A stretch of 58,677 bases of DNA, the filler included, from Basidiobolus ranarum (taxonomy: Eukaryota): assembly GCA_040143965.1 (NCBI GenBank). It is 2 parts of 2 records of this genome, joined end to end, with 100 filler letters (N's around TTAATTAATTAA, not from the genome) between each part and the next. Parts side by side here need not be neighbours in the genome. Positions count along the whole stretch, not along the records: positions 1 to 29,411 come from JASJQH010006981.1; 1 more part is not named here. The stretch is one strand, 5' to 3'. A model generated the notes under the pieces. It did no database searches and was not told the DNA's origin. It saw nothing but the letters and a program-made list of their open reading frames with translations. Shown here piece by piece: positions 1 to 12,358 of the stretch (position 1 is the stretch's first letter; every line of letters starts with the position of its first letter). Position numbers and translations under genes: made by a program.

Positions 1-60
1 TCTACTGCTATTGTTATTCTTGAGGAATCTCTATGAAAATGATAAGCAGGCATTGGTGTC

Positions 61-1380
61 TTAGTTCTTCTTAAGTGCGAGGACACGAGCCATACGTCTT
101 TTCTGGATTGCCCTTTTGTAGCTACTGTGACCAGCCCCATTGCCACCATAGTCTTTGGTATTATAGCTGCCACCACTTCCATCACCGTTGGATGCATATT
201 CTTCACCTTTTTTCCCCTTGCACCCCTTGCCATGACCACCGCTACCTTTACCATTGCTATTTCCACTGTAGTCTTTATCATCATAGCTATCGGTATTGCC
301 ACTGCTACCACCATGACCTCCATAGCTTACTTCGTGGTCTCCTTCGTGTTCTGTCGTGTCATAGCTACCACCACCAGTGTTGCTGCCTCCATAATTGTCT
401 TCATGATTACCTCCATAATCTTTTGTATCATAGCTATCACCTTCACCACCGCCATTTCCATCATAGCTTTCTTCGTAGTCTCCTTCATGCTCTTTGGTAT
501 CGTAATTAGCACCACCACCGCCGTTTCCACTGTAATTTTCCTCATGGTCTCCTTCATAGTCTTTCGTATCGTAACTATCACCTTCACTACCGCCATTTCC
601 GCCATAACTTTCTTCATGGTCACCTTCATAGTCCTTTGTACCATAACTATCGCCTCCACTGGCGCCATTTCCACCGTAACTTTCTTCGTGATCTCCTCCA
701 TGTTCTTTAGTATCGTAACTATCACCTCCACCACCGCCGTTACCTCCATAATTGTCCTCATGATCGCCTTCATAAACTTTTGTATCATAACTATTACCTC
801 CACCACCGCCATGTCCACCATAGCTTTCTTCATGGTCTCCTTCATAATCATTTGCGTCATAGCCATCACCACCGCCGTTGCCGCCATAACTTTCTTCATG
901 ATCTTCACCTCCGCCATTTCCGCCATAGTTCTCTTCGTGGTCTCCTTCATAGTCCTTTGTATCGTAACTATCACCTCCACCGCCACCATTTCCACCATAA
1001 CTTTCTTCGTGCTCTCCCTCATAATCATTTGTGCCGTAACTATCACCTCCACCATTTCCACCATAACTTTCTTCATGATCTTCACCTTCACCATTTCCGC
1101 CATAGCTCTCTTCATGGTCTCCTTCATAGTCCTTTGTATCGTAACTATCACCTCCACCGGTGCCATTTCCACCGTAGCTTTCTTCGTGATCTCCTTCATA
1201 GCCCTTCGTATCATAACTATTACCACTTCCATTTCCACCATAGCTTTCTTCATGACCATTACCACTGCCACCACCTTCACCAGAGTAATCTTTAATGTCA
1301 TAACTACCAGGACTGCTGCCCATAGGTAGAGCAGAAATGGATGCAACATATAATAGGGTTGTAACGAGTGTCACTTTCAT
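61..1380 (-). CDS. Secreted Gly/Tyr/Glu/Asp/His-rich tandem-repeat protein, copy 1 (439 aa)
   Basis: Intronless ORF with signal peptide MKVTLVTTLLYVASISALP, many repeats of approx. SYDTKDYEGDHEESYGGNGGGG, and basic tail SSYKRAIQKRRMARVLALKKN. TATAAAA on the minus strand at 1473-1479. Confidence 0.85.
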   Translation of the reverse strand: MKVTLVTTLLYVASISALPMGSSPGSYDIKDYSGEGGGSGNGHEESYGGNGSGNSYDTKGYEGDHEESYGGNGTGGGDSYDTKDYEGDHEESYGGNGEGEDHEESYGGNGGGDSYGTNDYEGEHEESYGGNGGGGGDSYDTKDYEGDHEENYGGNGGGEDHEESYGGNGGGDGYDANDYEGDHEESYGGHGGGGGNSYDTKVYEGDHEDNYGGNGGGGGDSYDTKEHGGDHEESYGGNGASGGDSYGTKDYEGDHEESYGGNGGSEGDSYDTKDYEGDHEENYSGNGGGGANYDTKEHEGDYEESYDGNGGGEGDSYDTKDYGGNHEDNYGGSNTGGGSYDTTEHEGDHEVSYGGHGGSSGNTDSYDDKDYSGNSNGKGSGGHGKGCKGKKGEEYASNGDGSGGSYNTKDYGGNGAGHSSYKRAIQKRRMARVLALKKN

Positions 1381-2146
1381 TTTGGCACTGATTTGTTTAG
1401 TTGGAGGGTGTAGTGCGTGTGTAGTGGGGCGTTGTAGTGGATATGCTTAACATGCTAAGCCAAACTCTTCCGTTTTATACGATTATCATTCTGGAAACAA
1501 TTATTAGTTCTATTTTATCAAGCGCACAGTATTATGCGGTGTTACTGGTATTATTATGCAGGTGGTTCACTATCTCCGCATTTCACTACACACAATGGCT
1601 TTGTACCTGAGGTGTAGACCTCGGGCGGCCTACTCTATCCTGAACCCGCTCTACCACCACGAAAATTGCTCTCATGCTTTCATATTCCTATTATCGACGA
1701 TCCTGGTTAATTAATCTTCAGTCCTACATTCTTCGGAATCGAGTAACATACAGGGATTTTCAAGCAATGGACATGCCAACATTGGATCACAGATTAGACC
1801 AAAGATAGAGTTCATTGATTGCAACACATGACATACTACTCAGAGCAAAACCTTTGCTACAGATTATGATAAACGTACTTGAAATTCAAGGCTGAACACT
1901 ACACTCAATTACTCCCAAGTTGATAGACCCACTAATCATTAGATATGAGTAAAGATGGTTTATTGAAATGCATATTGAGTGCAAGAATATGTCAAGGAGG
2001 ATGTGCTGTTCATGAAGTCGAGCTAATAAAGAATAATCTAATACTACATGATGTGATAATTTATGGAGTAGAGGCAGTAGAACAGCTCTACTGCTATTGT
2101 TATTCTTGAGGAATCTCTATGAAAATGATAAGCAGGCATTGGTGTC

Positions 2147-3322
2147 TTAGTTCTTCTTAAGTGCGAGGACACGAGCCATACGTCTTTTCTGGATTGCTCT
2201 TTTGTAACTACTATGGCCAGCCCCGTTGCCACCATAGTCTTTGGTATTGTAGCTGCCACCACTTCCACCACCGTTGGATGCATATTCTTCACCTTTTTTC
2301 TCCTTGCACCCCTTGCCATTTCCACTATAGTCTTCAGCATTATAGCTATCGGTATTGCCACTGCTACCACCATGACCTCCATAGCTTACTTCGTGGTCTC
2401 CTTCATGCTCTTTCGTAGCATAGCTACCACCACCTGCGCCGTTGCCTTCGTAATTATCTTCATGATCACCTTGATAATCTTTTGCATCATAACTATCACC
2501 TTCACCACCGCCATTTCCACCATAACTTTCTTCATGATTTTCACCTCCGCCATTTCCGCCATAGCTCTCTTCGTGGTCTCCTTCATAATCATTTGTGTCA
2601 TAACTATCATTATCGCCATTTCCACCATAATTTTCCTCATGATCTCCGCCACCACCATTTCCACCATAACTTTCCTCGTGATCTTCACCGCCACCATTTC
2701 CACCATAGCTCTCCTTGTGGTCTCCTTCATAGTCCTCGGTGCTGTAACTACCGTCACCACCATAACTTTCTTCATGTTCACCACCACCACCATTTCCACC
2801 GTAATTTTCTTCATGGCCACCTTCATAGTCCTTTATGTCGTAACTATTACCGCTATCACCACCACCGTTTCCACCATAGTTTTCTTCATTCTCGCCGCCA
2901 CCACCATTTCCACCATAGCTTTCTTCGTGGTCACCTTCATAGTCCTCTGTGTTGTAGCTACCGCCACTGCCATTTCCACCATAACTTTCCTCGTGATCTT
3001 CACCACCACCATCATTTCCACCATAGCTCTCTTCGTGGTCTCCTTCATACTCTTTTGTGGCGTAACTGTTACCACTATTATCGTAGTCTTCATTGTGCTC
3101 TGTGTCGTAGCTACTGCCACTGCCGCCACCATTGTCGCCCTCACCACTATAATCACCTATATCGTAGGACCCCCCTTGCCCATTACCGTTTCCTTCGTAT
3201 TCTTTTAGTCCACCTTTACTAGTGTAGTCTGTAACATCGTAGCCACCACCGGAATATTCTCCTGTCGGTAAAGCAGAGATAGAAGCAACATAAAGGAGTG
3301 TTGTCATGAGAGTTACTTTCAT
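2147..3322 (-). CDS. Secreted Gly/Tyr/Glu/Asp/His-rich tandem-repeat protein, copy 2 (391 aa)
   Basis: Paralog of 61..1380. Start placed at MKVTLMTTLLYVASISALP (ATG 3322) by alignment with copy 1; C-terminus nearly identical. Confidence 0.85.
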   Translation of the reverse strand: MKVTLMTTLLYVASISALPTGEYSGGGYDVTDYTSKGGLKEYEGNGNGQGGSYDIGDYSGEGDNGGGSGSSYDTEHNEDYDNSGNSYATKEYEGDHEESYGGNDGGGEDHEESYGGNGSGGSYNTEDYEGDHEESYGGNGGGGENEENYGGNGGGDSGNSYDIKDYEGGHEENYGGNGGGGEHEESYGGDGSYSTEDYEGDHKESYGGNGGGEDHEESYGGNGGGGDHEENYGGNGDNDSYDTNDYEGDHEESYGGNGGGENHEESYGGNGGGEGDSYDAKDYQGDHEDNYEGNGAGGGSYATKEHEGDHEVSYGGHGGSSGNTDSYNAEDYSGNGKGCKEKKGEEYASNGGGSGGSYNTKDYGGNGAGHSSYKRAIQKRRMARVLALKKN

Positions 3323-4353
3323 TTTGTACTGTAAAACGATGCTGATCAGGTAAACTCCAACTACAGATATGATTATCTTTGGAGTCATGTATCACCTTAT
3401 TTATATGGCTTTAAGAACGAATTCTAGCAATTAGGAGCTCCAAGTATCTTCGCTGCGAGGATTATAGGAGCATTACATTCATGAATGCATTTCCATATTT
3501 TAATCGAATAAACTTTGCGATCTTGCATAGATTAACAAGCAATGCCCCTTCCATAATCTTCAAGGTAAGTAAAATGGATTTCAATATCTGCAAAGGCCCA
3601 CATAAATCGGTGCTTTTACATCCCACTTTCTCACATGTACAATCAAGTACATTAAAAAAATCCTCCTGTCCATCAACTTGAATACATGTAACACGATGAA
3701 AAATCATTAATTCCACCATGTTGAACTGGCGAGTATACTATTAAACAGGATCAACTAAGATCATTCATACGAAAGGGAACCACCCATATACCATATCTAT
3801 ACGTCTTATCCACTACCATCATGGCAACTTCACCTTTCGTTATTTGCAGAGAATGCAGGGAATCACATATCACTTGAAGACTAACACGTTTAATTTATGT
3901 TGGAACTCCCTTACATCTTCTATTCTTCAAATGCTGATAATACTAATGTGGTTTGATTAAGCAACAGGTGTTCAAAGTGTGTTTAAACTACTCTCCCCGT
4001 GATACTAATAGCTTTAACCTGAAGCTAGGTCATCTGGCAACCAACTACAATTGGGTTTGTACAGCTCTGGTATGATTCCAGCGTATAGGATGGATTGTCA
4101 ATGTAATGGAGTTGAAATGCCTCTTTATATGATAAATCGAAATGTATGAGATTTAAATGAAAACCACATTGGTGAAGATGTGATAAAAAAATGGTTGTGA
4201 AATATGATGGAAGAAGCATTGGAGATTTTAGGAAATTGTACTTTCTTCAGCGTAGTGTGCAATCAGAACTGAATTGTTATATGTTCAAGTGTGAGAAGAG
4301 ACAACGAAAGAGAAACAAATACTTCATCAAGTATCCGTGTGTTAAGAAATGCT

Positions 4354-6535
4354 CTACATGAAACTCATGCCAACCCCCAGCTGAATGCCCTTCTTGAACT
4401 GATCGGTGGCAGTGACAGAGATTGGCAAGCACAAGTTAAGTTCTAAACGAACAAATGAGTGTCTGTAAACAAGACCAGCACCAATAGCAACGCTTGGAGT
4501 TTGGACCAGTCGGTTGATAGTCTCAGGAATAGGTTTAGCTTGAAATAGAGAATTAGGTTAGCGTGTGAACGATTATCAATGCCATCGGAAATGGTATTTA
4601 CTAGTATCTACGGATGGGAGTAAGGTACCGCCATTGATGAAAATGTGTCCTTTAAGAGCATCACTCTTGACTTTAGGAAGAGGGGTATACAAGCTTATAC
4701 CGCCAGACCAATAGGCATCGCCACCAAGTGCATCCTCTACAAAGGCATTAGTTAGTCGATGCATCACGTCAACGACATGTGATCTGAATATTCCTTACTT
4801 CCGTCTCTAGGTCCAATACCAGCGTATCTAAAACCACGCACAGAAGTGGGTCCACCAAGGAAGAAGCGATCATTGATATGTGAAGCTTCGCCAAACAGAG
4901 GAACCAAAAGTCCACTGCGCAGGGAGGAACTGAGAATCTGTACCATGTAACAGTAAGCATGGCTGACTCAAGAGAAACATATAATATAAATTCTAAGAAA
5001 AATTCAACTTACAAAACCTTTACCGAGGCTATAATTGGCCTGGGCCTCAACCTCATTCTTAATGAAACTGACATCACCTCCTGGGCCAGCAAATTCCTAT
5101 ATCAAATAATGGACGGCGCGTTAGTAAAGCTCAGATACTCCACTTCATAAGTAATTACCTGTGCAAGTCTAAGATAATAACCACTTGAAGGCAAAACAGA
5201 GTCATTGCGCCTATCATGCATGAAGACATGGGCGATTGAAGACTTCACGGAATGTCCAGCCTCTTTTCTCACACTAGGAACAATTTTTAGGCGACTGAAT
5301 AATTTCATTAGACGTACTCCATCGACTTACCAGAGAGAAGCATGATCATCAAGTTTATGAATTTGTCTCCAAACGGTATCATAGACAAGCTCATGATAAC
5401 CGAAGCGAGAGATACCCTAAACGGCAAGAATTAGAGATGTTGAAACTATCTGCATGAACCAGCTCCACTTACTCTAAAACGCAAAAGTCCACCACGAGTT
5501 AACTCTTCGTGAGAGCTGTATAGCTTATTGTTACGAGTTTGTTGGTAAGCAGTTACATCAACAACCGCGTCAGGATTGGCATTTAGAGGCTTAGACAAGG
5601 AAATCTACAAGACAGCATATTCGGTTTGAACACAGCTTCAATGTCAGGAAATAGATTTGAATTGTTTACCTGAAAAGCAGAGCTAGTTCTAGTACCGAAA
5701 GAAATGTTTGCTTCAAAAGTTTCTCCAGCGCCAAATGCGTTCCTGAAATTGACAGATGAATTCTAGAATTTGAAATTAATGATCATTCACACACAATTGT
5801 ATAACTGATTAAACGAGAATACCATATTTCCTTCCCCATCTCCAATCTCAGTTCCGGTCTTTGCCCAGAAGCGGCTTCTTTCCTGAACGTTGACTAAAAC
5901 ATCGATGGAATCGGGAGATGCAAATGGATCTTTGGCGGCATCGAAGGTGATGTCTACGTCTTTGAAAATTCCTAGTCTTTGAAGACGGTTTCCGGCAATA
6001 CGTGTATTATTAATAATCTCGCCTAATGTGCGAGACTTCATAGTCTGACCAAAAACCGATTCAAAAACACTAGATCTAGTATAATCTGCGCCATTTACTT
6101 CTAAACGGTGAACTTTGAATTCATCATCTCTAGACTCTGACACCTATAATCCAAATTCCTCATTTTAGATATGTTAACAGGAAAAAGTTTGCGAAATGTA
6201 AAATACCATATCAAAGAGAACGCGGGCTGCCCTTTCATACTCCTCTTGGATGTTTTGACTTTCGACATTTTCTTTTTCTTGTTGCTGTTGTTCGGCCTTC
6301 ATTTCTCTGGCCCTTTGCAATAACTATAATGATACAATGTGGTAAATAAGTGATTGAACTTTCAAAACATTACAAAGAATAGCAAACTAATGCAAAATAG
6401 AGGACTGAAGCAATAAATCATAATAATCACAAAAGAAGCCGGAACTATAGGTCCGAACTTAAAGCACTTCTATATTCGAATAGGATATAAGATTTGAGAA
6501 CTACATGAAGGGTCAATTACCTCGTCATCCTCCAT
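4354..6535 (-). CDS. SAM50: Mitochondrial outer membrane sorting and assembly machinery subunit Sam50/Tob55 (multi-exon)
   Basis: POTRA-like exon ([16 protein letters not shown]), barrel motifs [14 protein letters not shown] and [10 protein letters not shown]-terminal beta-signal [11 protein letters not shown]. First exon MEDDE; canonical GT-AG introns. Confidence 0.92.
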
Positions 6536-7131
6536 GGTAGATTCACTTTTTCTAAGCGTTGTGTTCTTAGAAGTATCCTACTGGGATATCTTGATGATTC
6601 AAAGTGAAGCTTACAATAATGGATGCCAATCTTCGGGGTGATTCGAGATGTACCAATGGGTGATCTGCTTCCCCCGCTAATTAAAGTTTTCTGGGGACAT
6701 CCCTCTTTTTTACATGTTGTATGTTAAATTTACTACTTACTAACTATCATGTTCAAATCTCTTGGTTTTTTTTCGGTGAAAACCCCCATTTTTTTTAAGC
6801 TACTCTTAACACATTATGTTTAAGCTGATTTCAGAGATTACAACACATTGATTCCGTCGTCATCTATACAGGTACGACTAGACCGGCAAAGAGCAATGAA
6901 AAGAGTGATGTACAATACATGTTGATGGTCATATCGGATCAAACGTTATATGACATTGTGTATTTTTCGTTGAAATTACGATTACAAAGTAGAAAACTCA
7001 ATACCAATAAAATCAATAGACCAATATAATTATGTATGTATATTTAGGAACCTAACCCAAGTTCTAAGATAGTGAAAAACATAGAATAAATGTGATAAAA
7101 ATCGGTTCGAACAATATATCGAATAAAGTGT

Positions 7132-7558
7132 TTAACCTCGGGTAAGTTTGCCGTAAATATGAAGGGCGAAAACGGAAGCAATGAAAACTAGTGAGAGTAC
7201 AAGGACCACTACAGGATCACTAAAAAAAGGATTAAACAGAGTCGCAGTATAAGTAGCCAAAAAAGACTTACACTCTAAGACCAGGCGCGTCTTCAGAGTA
7301 CATGCGTGTAACATTGGCACCAGCATTGGCGCGGGAGGCACCAGCTTTAGCGGTATTGGAGCGACTTCTACAAGTTCATCATAGGGAAAATAAGTAGATG
7401 TAAGTTATCTCTTTTCATAATGCTACATGCATGTCAGCTTAAAAGTTTACCTAAGATTGCGACCACCAGACTAATACCGAGAAAGATTGAAACAATCAAA
7501 AATAGCTGATTAGTATTTGCAGATAGCAATATAACATAACAATCAGGTACACTACCAT
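7132..7558 (-). CDS. SBH1: Sec61 translocon beta subunit (4 exons, first exon ATG only)
   Basis: Spliced product [68 protein letters not shown] matches the Sec61beta YxxDxPGLxVDPxxVL signature and tail anchor. Confidence 0.92.
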
Positions 7559-8729
7559 TATAAAGAGAGAATAAATTCAACAAAAGAGCAGGACAACACC
7601 AAAGGGAGGTATGAAAACTATATAGAGCCTAACGATTTGTAAAATGCTATACACCTGATCCAACGATCGGGAGCTATACTAAGAATTGACCACAGCATCC
7701 CTGGAATGAGTTTACACGAGGGTTGCCAAATAGTAGCCAGATGTGGCCCATGTTGATTGGGAGACTGGTTAAGCCCGTAAAATGAATATATAAGCAAACT
7801 TGAATAAATTAAATATGAATTGATGTTTATGATTTTAATAAAGTGAAATCATAATTATGGATGTATGCGTGTTATGCGTGTATGCGCTACAAAATCACAT
7901 TCAATGATCGACTATTAAAAATAGTGGTAAATGAATTCTGGTTGGTATTTCTCGTTTAACGCTAAACTCTACAATGTACAATCTTCTTAATAGCTGTTAT
8001 CTCAGGAGCGAACGTATCATGAGTTGAAAAGATTTGTATGATATGCTAACTGGAACACTAGCACACGAGTTCATAAATTGTTGTTTGGTCACCAGTGGAA
8101 GCCTTTCAATAGTTTTGGTGTATAATATGCAAGATTGAGGATATGAGCTGACAGGAAAAAGAATTGTTATCTAACTACAAGTTAGTAATGTCACACTAAT
8201 GTAATCAATTTCATAACTGACACAGATACCCTGGTAGGCCCTAAGTCTAGTTGTCAACATCCTTGACACGAGAAAGGTTGGTCAACATATTATTATATTC
8301 CATATAAAAAAGAGCTTATTATATGGATTCTTAAATATGAGTTCCATTAATGCTAAATATTTGAGTTACGCCCCATGTTATGTAATGTTAAACTTGCATC
8401 TAAATCAGCCATATCATGCCCACTTAAAAAGAATCGGTTACCCATGATGCTTTCTTCTGCTATTTTTGAGCAGTATCATAATACGTTGTGCAGTGGATAT
8501 TTTTATTATTAACAATACTACTTTGAATTTCTTTTGGGTTTTTGTAGATTTTTGTGACAAAAATCCCATATCCATTTTCTACCTTGAAATATATTTGGAT
8601 TTATAACTGAACTTTGACTTGTTCACGCTGTATACATAACCATCACAAATAACCTTCTCTTTAATTTTGCTCTTATACTTCATATTTTGTACAGTTTTTA
8701 AATCCTCCTGAAAATACTACCGTTTTGAT

Positions 8730-11123
8730 ATGATGGCTAATCTTGGGCCTAAATCTAAAACTGAGCAAAAACGCCCGGCTTGGCTCTTAGCTGTAGAGAA
8801 TCGTAAATTGGCTTCTCAAGATTCTGATGAGGATCCAGGTATTTGTTTCCTTGGCACTGTTTGATTTTAGTGCGCAAGTATAAAGCAATTGTTATTAAAT
8901 ATGAATCTTGATCCTTGTAACAATAGCACATACTTCTCTTAAGTTTTTGTCATACCTAAACAGCAGTGAGAGTGAGGATGACGGCCCTGTATTGCCGAGA
9001 CATAAGTAAGTATCAGTTTATGTTATTGTTATCTTGCACTTGTCTTAACCAAAAACATATATACGTGTAACGATGATTCGCATGTTTTCGTCAAGTTACT
9101 GATAAATACATCTCTATCTATCTGCAGTGCTCTGAATTTCCGACAGGGACTTGCTACCAAAAAAAGTAGTCCCTCAAAACTCCCCGTACCTTCAAAACGT
9201 TCTACTGATAGTCCAGTAAACAGGTCAAAATTGGATGACCACCAAATATTAGTTGCTGCCGTAGCAAAAGAATCTGCCAAGGATTCTGCAACATCAAAAG
9301 TAACTAATGTAATGAATCATGGAGGCAAACCAGTATTACCGGTACAACGAAACTCTTTTTCAACTGATTCCAGTGTAGATGAACTCAATAATTCAGAAGA
9401 AGAAGCAAAGTTTAATATATCCCAAAGATCATCTCCAGCTACTTTTGGTCTTCCAGGAGCACAAGAAGAGCGAACTCATACAACGCCTCGTGAGAGAAAT
9501 AACAAAGTGGTATCAACCTCTTCAACTATCAAAAAATCGAGCCAACCTGTAAACAGTACCCCTCGTTCTACTACATCAATAAGAAAACCTGTTGAGTCTA
9601 CACCTACTCCTTCACGAACAACTAAAAGACGGACACAACCACAAATCTCAATTGATGTATCTGCTAAACCTGATGGAAGGACTAATACTTCTACTACCAC
9701 TACTACCGTTCCTAAAACCCCAACATATGGTAAAATGGTACCCCCAGCTACTAACACTAGTGCGAGAAATCGTACAGTAAGTATGTCAGCTGCACCTCTC
9801 AAAACACCAGTAAGTACCCGTAAACCACCTACACCAACTGCAATTTCGAAAGAGCGTGCCTCTCCTACTGCTGTAAGGTCGTCCAATACGACAAAAAGAA
9901 CATCCGGCCTACCATCAGGATCAAGTAGTGTTAGCATTCAACTATTAAAAGAAGAAATAGCGAAGTATAAAAATGAGATTGAGGCTTATAAGAATCAGCT
10001 AATGGATGCTGACAATCGCGAACAGGAGATGCTACAGGCCATTGAATCGGCTAATCAAAGAGCTCACGAGGATAGCGAATCTTTTCGACAACATTATGAG
10101 GACTCTCAATCCGACCTTCAAACAACTGTGGATACATTAAAGCGAGATTTAAAGAAAGCACAAGAAGATAATTCAGAAAAGGAAGAGTTGATAGAGTCCC
10201 TTCAAGCAAAAAAGAAAGAGTTTTCGAAAAAGATATCTGAATTGAAGGATGAAAACGAGCAGTTAGATCAAGAACGAGCCAGCATTCGTAAAAGTCTTAC
10301 AGATTCTAGACTTAAAGAGGAGCGTACACTAGAAGATAACAGCCTGCTACAAAGTAAGCTCACCACTATGACTAAACGATATGAGTGTTCAGAAACCGAG
10401 AGTGCACATTTAAGAGCGCAATTGATGAAGTATCAAACTGAGGAACAAAGTGAATTGGGATATTTACAACGTAGATTGAGAGACCTGGAGTTGGAGAATG
10501 AACGGTTGCAGGATCGTATTCAATTCCTAACAAATAGTAGAAACGAAGCCCCCCCAAGCTCAGTTACCGGAAGTTTAAATAACTTTGATCAACAGAGTTA
10601 TCATGCTGGTAGATCGAGAACCTTATCTTTTTATAATAATGATTCTTATTGCTCTGGCTCTGTTCGTTCCTCTTCACCACCTCCCGTTACTCCAGGCATA
10701 AGCAAGTATCATACAGCACCTTATAGCGCGTATTCTGAGCCTGCCACATATTACCCCGAATCAGAACGTAGCTATGCTGACGACCGCTCTAACAATTGGG
10801 GTGAACGTAACTCAATCCATGGTGAGAACCCAATTTCTCCGTATCACCAAGATTCGCGGCGACATACACATAATACCCCTAGCAAAAACAACAGTTTGGT
10901 GGATGTCTCATGCTTATATACTGAGAATGAAAGTGATTTGGATCTAGACGAGCGCCTGAAATCACTTACTGATGCTAAAGACCAAATTAACTTCGAATTA
11001 GCGCGTATACCATCATCTGGAAATGCCATCGTTCGACGAAGAAAGAATCAGTTAGAAGAGAAGTTGGATGAGATTGAAGGCTTGCTTAGGGGTGTAAAGA
11101 TGAAGATCAAAGCAAGAAAGTGA
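8730..11123 (+). CDS. Large protein with a Ser/Thr/Pro/basic disordered N-terminus, central coiled coil and C-terminal helical domain resembling MPHOSPH9
   Basis: Two short exons (from ATG 8730 and ~8964-9005) splice into the long ORF ending 11123. Heptad-rich middle. C-terminus LTDAKDQINFELARIPSSG...LEEKLDEIEGLLRGVKMKIK; family similarity is from recall. Confidence 0.7.
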
Positions 11124-11349
11124 TACCTATTTCGTTTGAATCTCCCACATATGTAGTCCATTATTTTTGCCCGTGCAACTTTTAATATGTTTTACTTCAT
11201 TCCGTTTATCTAATATAAAAATCATCTCATTGAGACTAGACTAACTGCTTTAATTCTGTTGTAAGCACTCGTATTTATTTACAATCAGATCTACAATTTG
11301 TATAAGAATATTGGATATCCACATCCGCCCTATGTCCTTCATTTCAACT

Positions 11350-12358
11350 CTAGCTGGTAGACTTCATTAAGGATCTTATCCATTTCACTTGTGAAGAAAC
11401 TCTAGCAAAGACCTAAAATATTTTCAAAGGTCAGGAATTCTGTGGGTGAGCGGGTTGTCATACAATCAGAGGCCGCTTCAACTTACTCCTGGAACTCTAG
11501 GGCTGCAGTTGGCACCATAACTTGTAACTCCTACAAGTACATTAGCACCGTTCTTTTGTACAATTAACGGACCACCACTATCCCCAAAGCAAACATCTGT
11601 ATGAAGTTCAAAGATTTGTAAGGAAAAGATCCAAGGCTATGATGATTAACGCGGTACTAACTTTTGCCACCCTTATAGGTGCCCGAGCAAATTGCATATT
11701 TAGGATCAAAGGTGGGTAAACTGCTGGTGTGGTCCTTTAGACATACACTGTCTGGTAAAATTTCCATATCTACCATTTGAAGAGTGTTATGTGGCAAAAA
11801 ATCATATCCCAACCCCCACCCTAGAGCTTTAACTGCGACCTCGGTGTTCAAAGCTTCGCCCGTATCCAATGTTGGAAACGATGTAAAACGCGAGGCGTTC
11901 GCCAACTTTAACACCGCAACTAAAGTATAGGAGTGTGTTGAGTGATGCTTAATTTTTAATGAAGAAAAAGAGGAATTCTACTTACAATCATTAGTTAGCA
12001 GTCGCTTGCTCCAATCCGGATGAACGATAATCTGTTGAACATCTACTATCTCTCCTTGCTCTTCACGACTATCCTTGGTTAGGTTGTGGCGATGAAAATG
12101 GATCTTATAACTAGCTGGTTTGGCTCTTTTCGTGATACAATGTGCTGCTGTTAACACTGTTTCTTGATCCAGTAGACTACAACCGCATAAATCGTGGACT
12201 CCGTTACCGTCTTTAACATAGATATAGCCCATCCATGGGTAGCTAAACTCGGGTTTAACTTCACTTCCACCGAATATTAGTTTATGTGGGTAGCGACGAG
12301 CACCTTGGATCGTTACCGTAAGTGAGAGGAAGAAAAATAGTTGTATCTTGCTGATCAT
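11350..12358 (-). CDS. Secreted S1 (trypsin/chymotrypsin-fold) serine protease, 4 exons
   Basis: Signal peptide, activation site KL|IFGG, and catalytic motifs TAAHC, NDFAVLKL (across an intron) and GDSGGP. Ends [20 protein letters not shown]. Confidence 0.92.

Noticed and set aside
1606-1625. Hairpin CCTGAGGT-GTAG-ACCTCGGG, and similar small hairpins near 7655 and 19523
   Set aside because: Stems of 6-8 bp are expected by chance in 58 kb; no tRNA, snRNA or snoRNA signature was recognised.
75-3222. Long antisense and alternative-frame ORFs (400-aa and 331-aa hydrophobic, His-rich, and Met/Val-rich) over the repeat genes
   Set aside because: They are shadows of a low-complexity repeat whose codons lack stops in other frames. 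Only the minus-strand frame has a signal peptide, TATA box and conserved termini.
4354-7558. Adjacency of SAM50 and SEC61-beta as a protein-translocation cluster
   Set aside because: They act in different organelles and share no evident regulatory motif; most likely chance.
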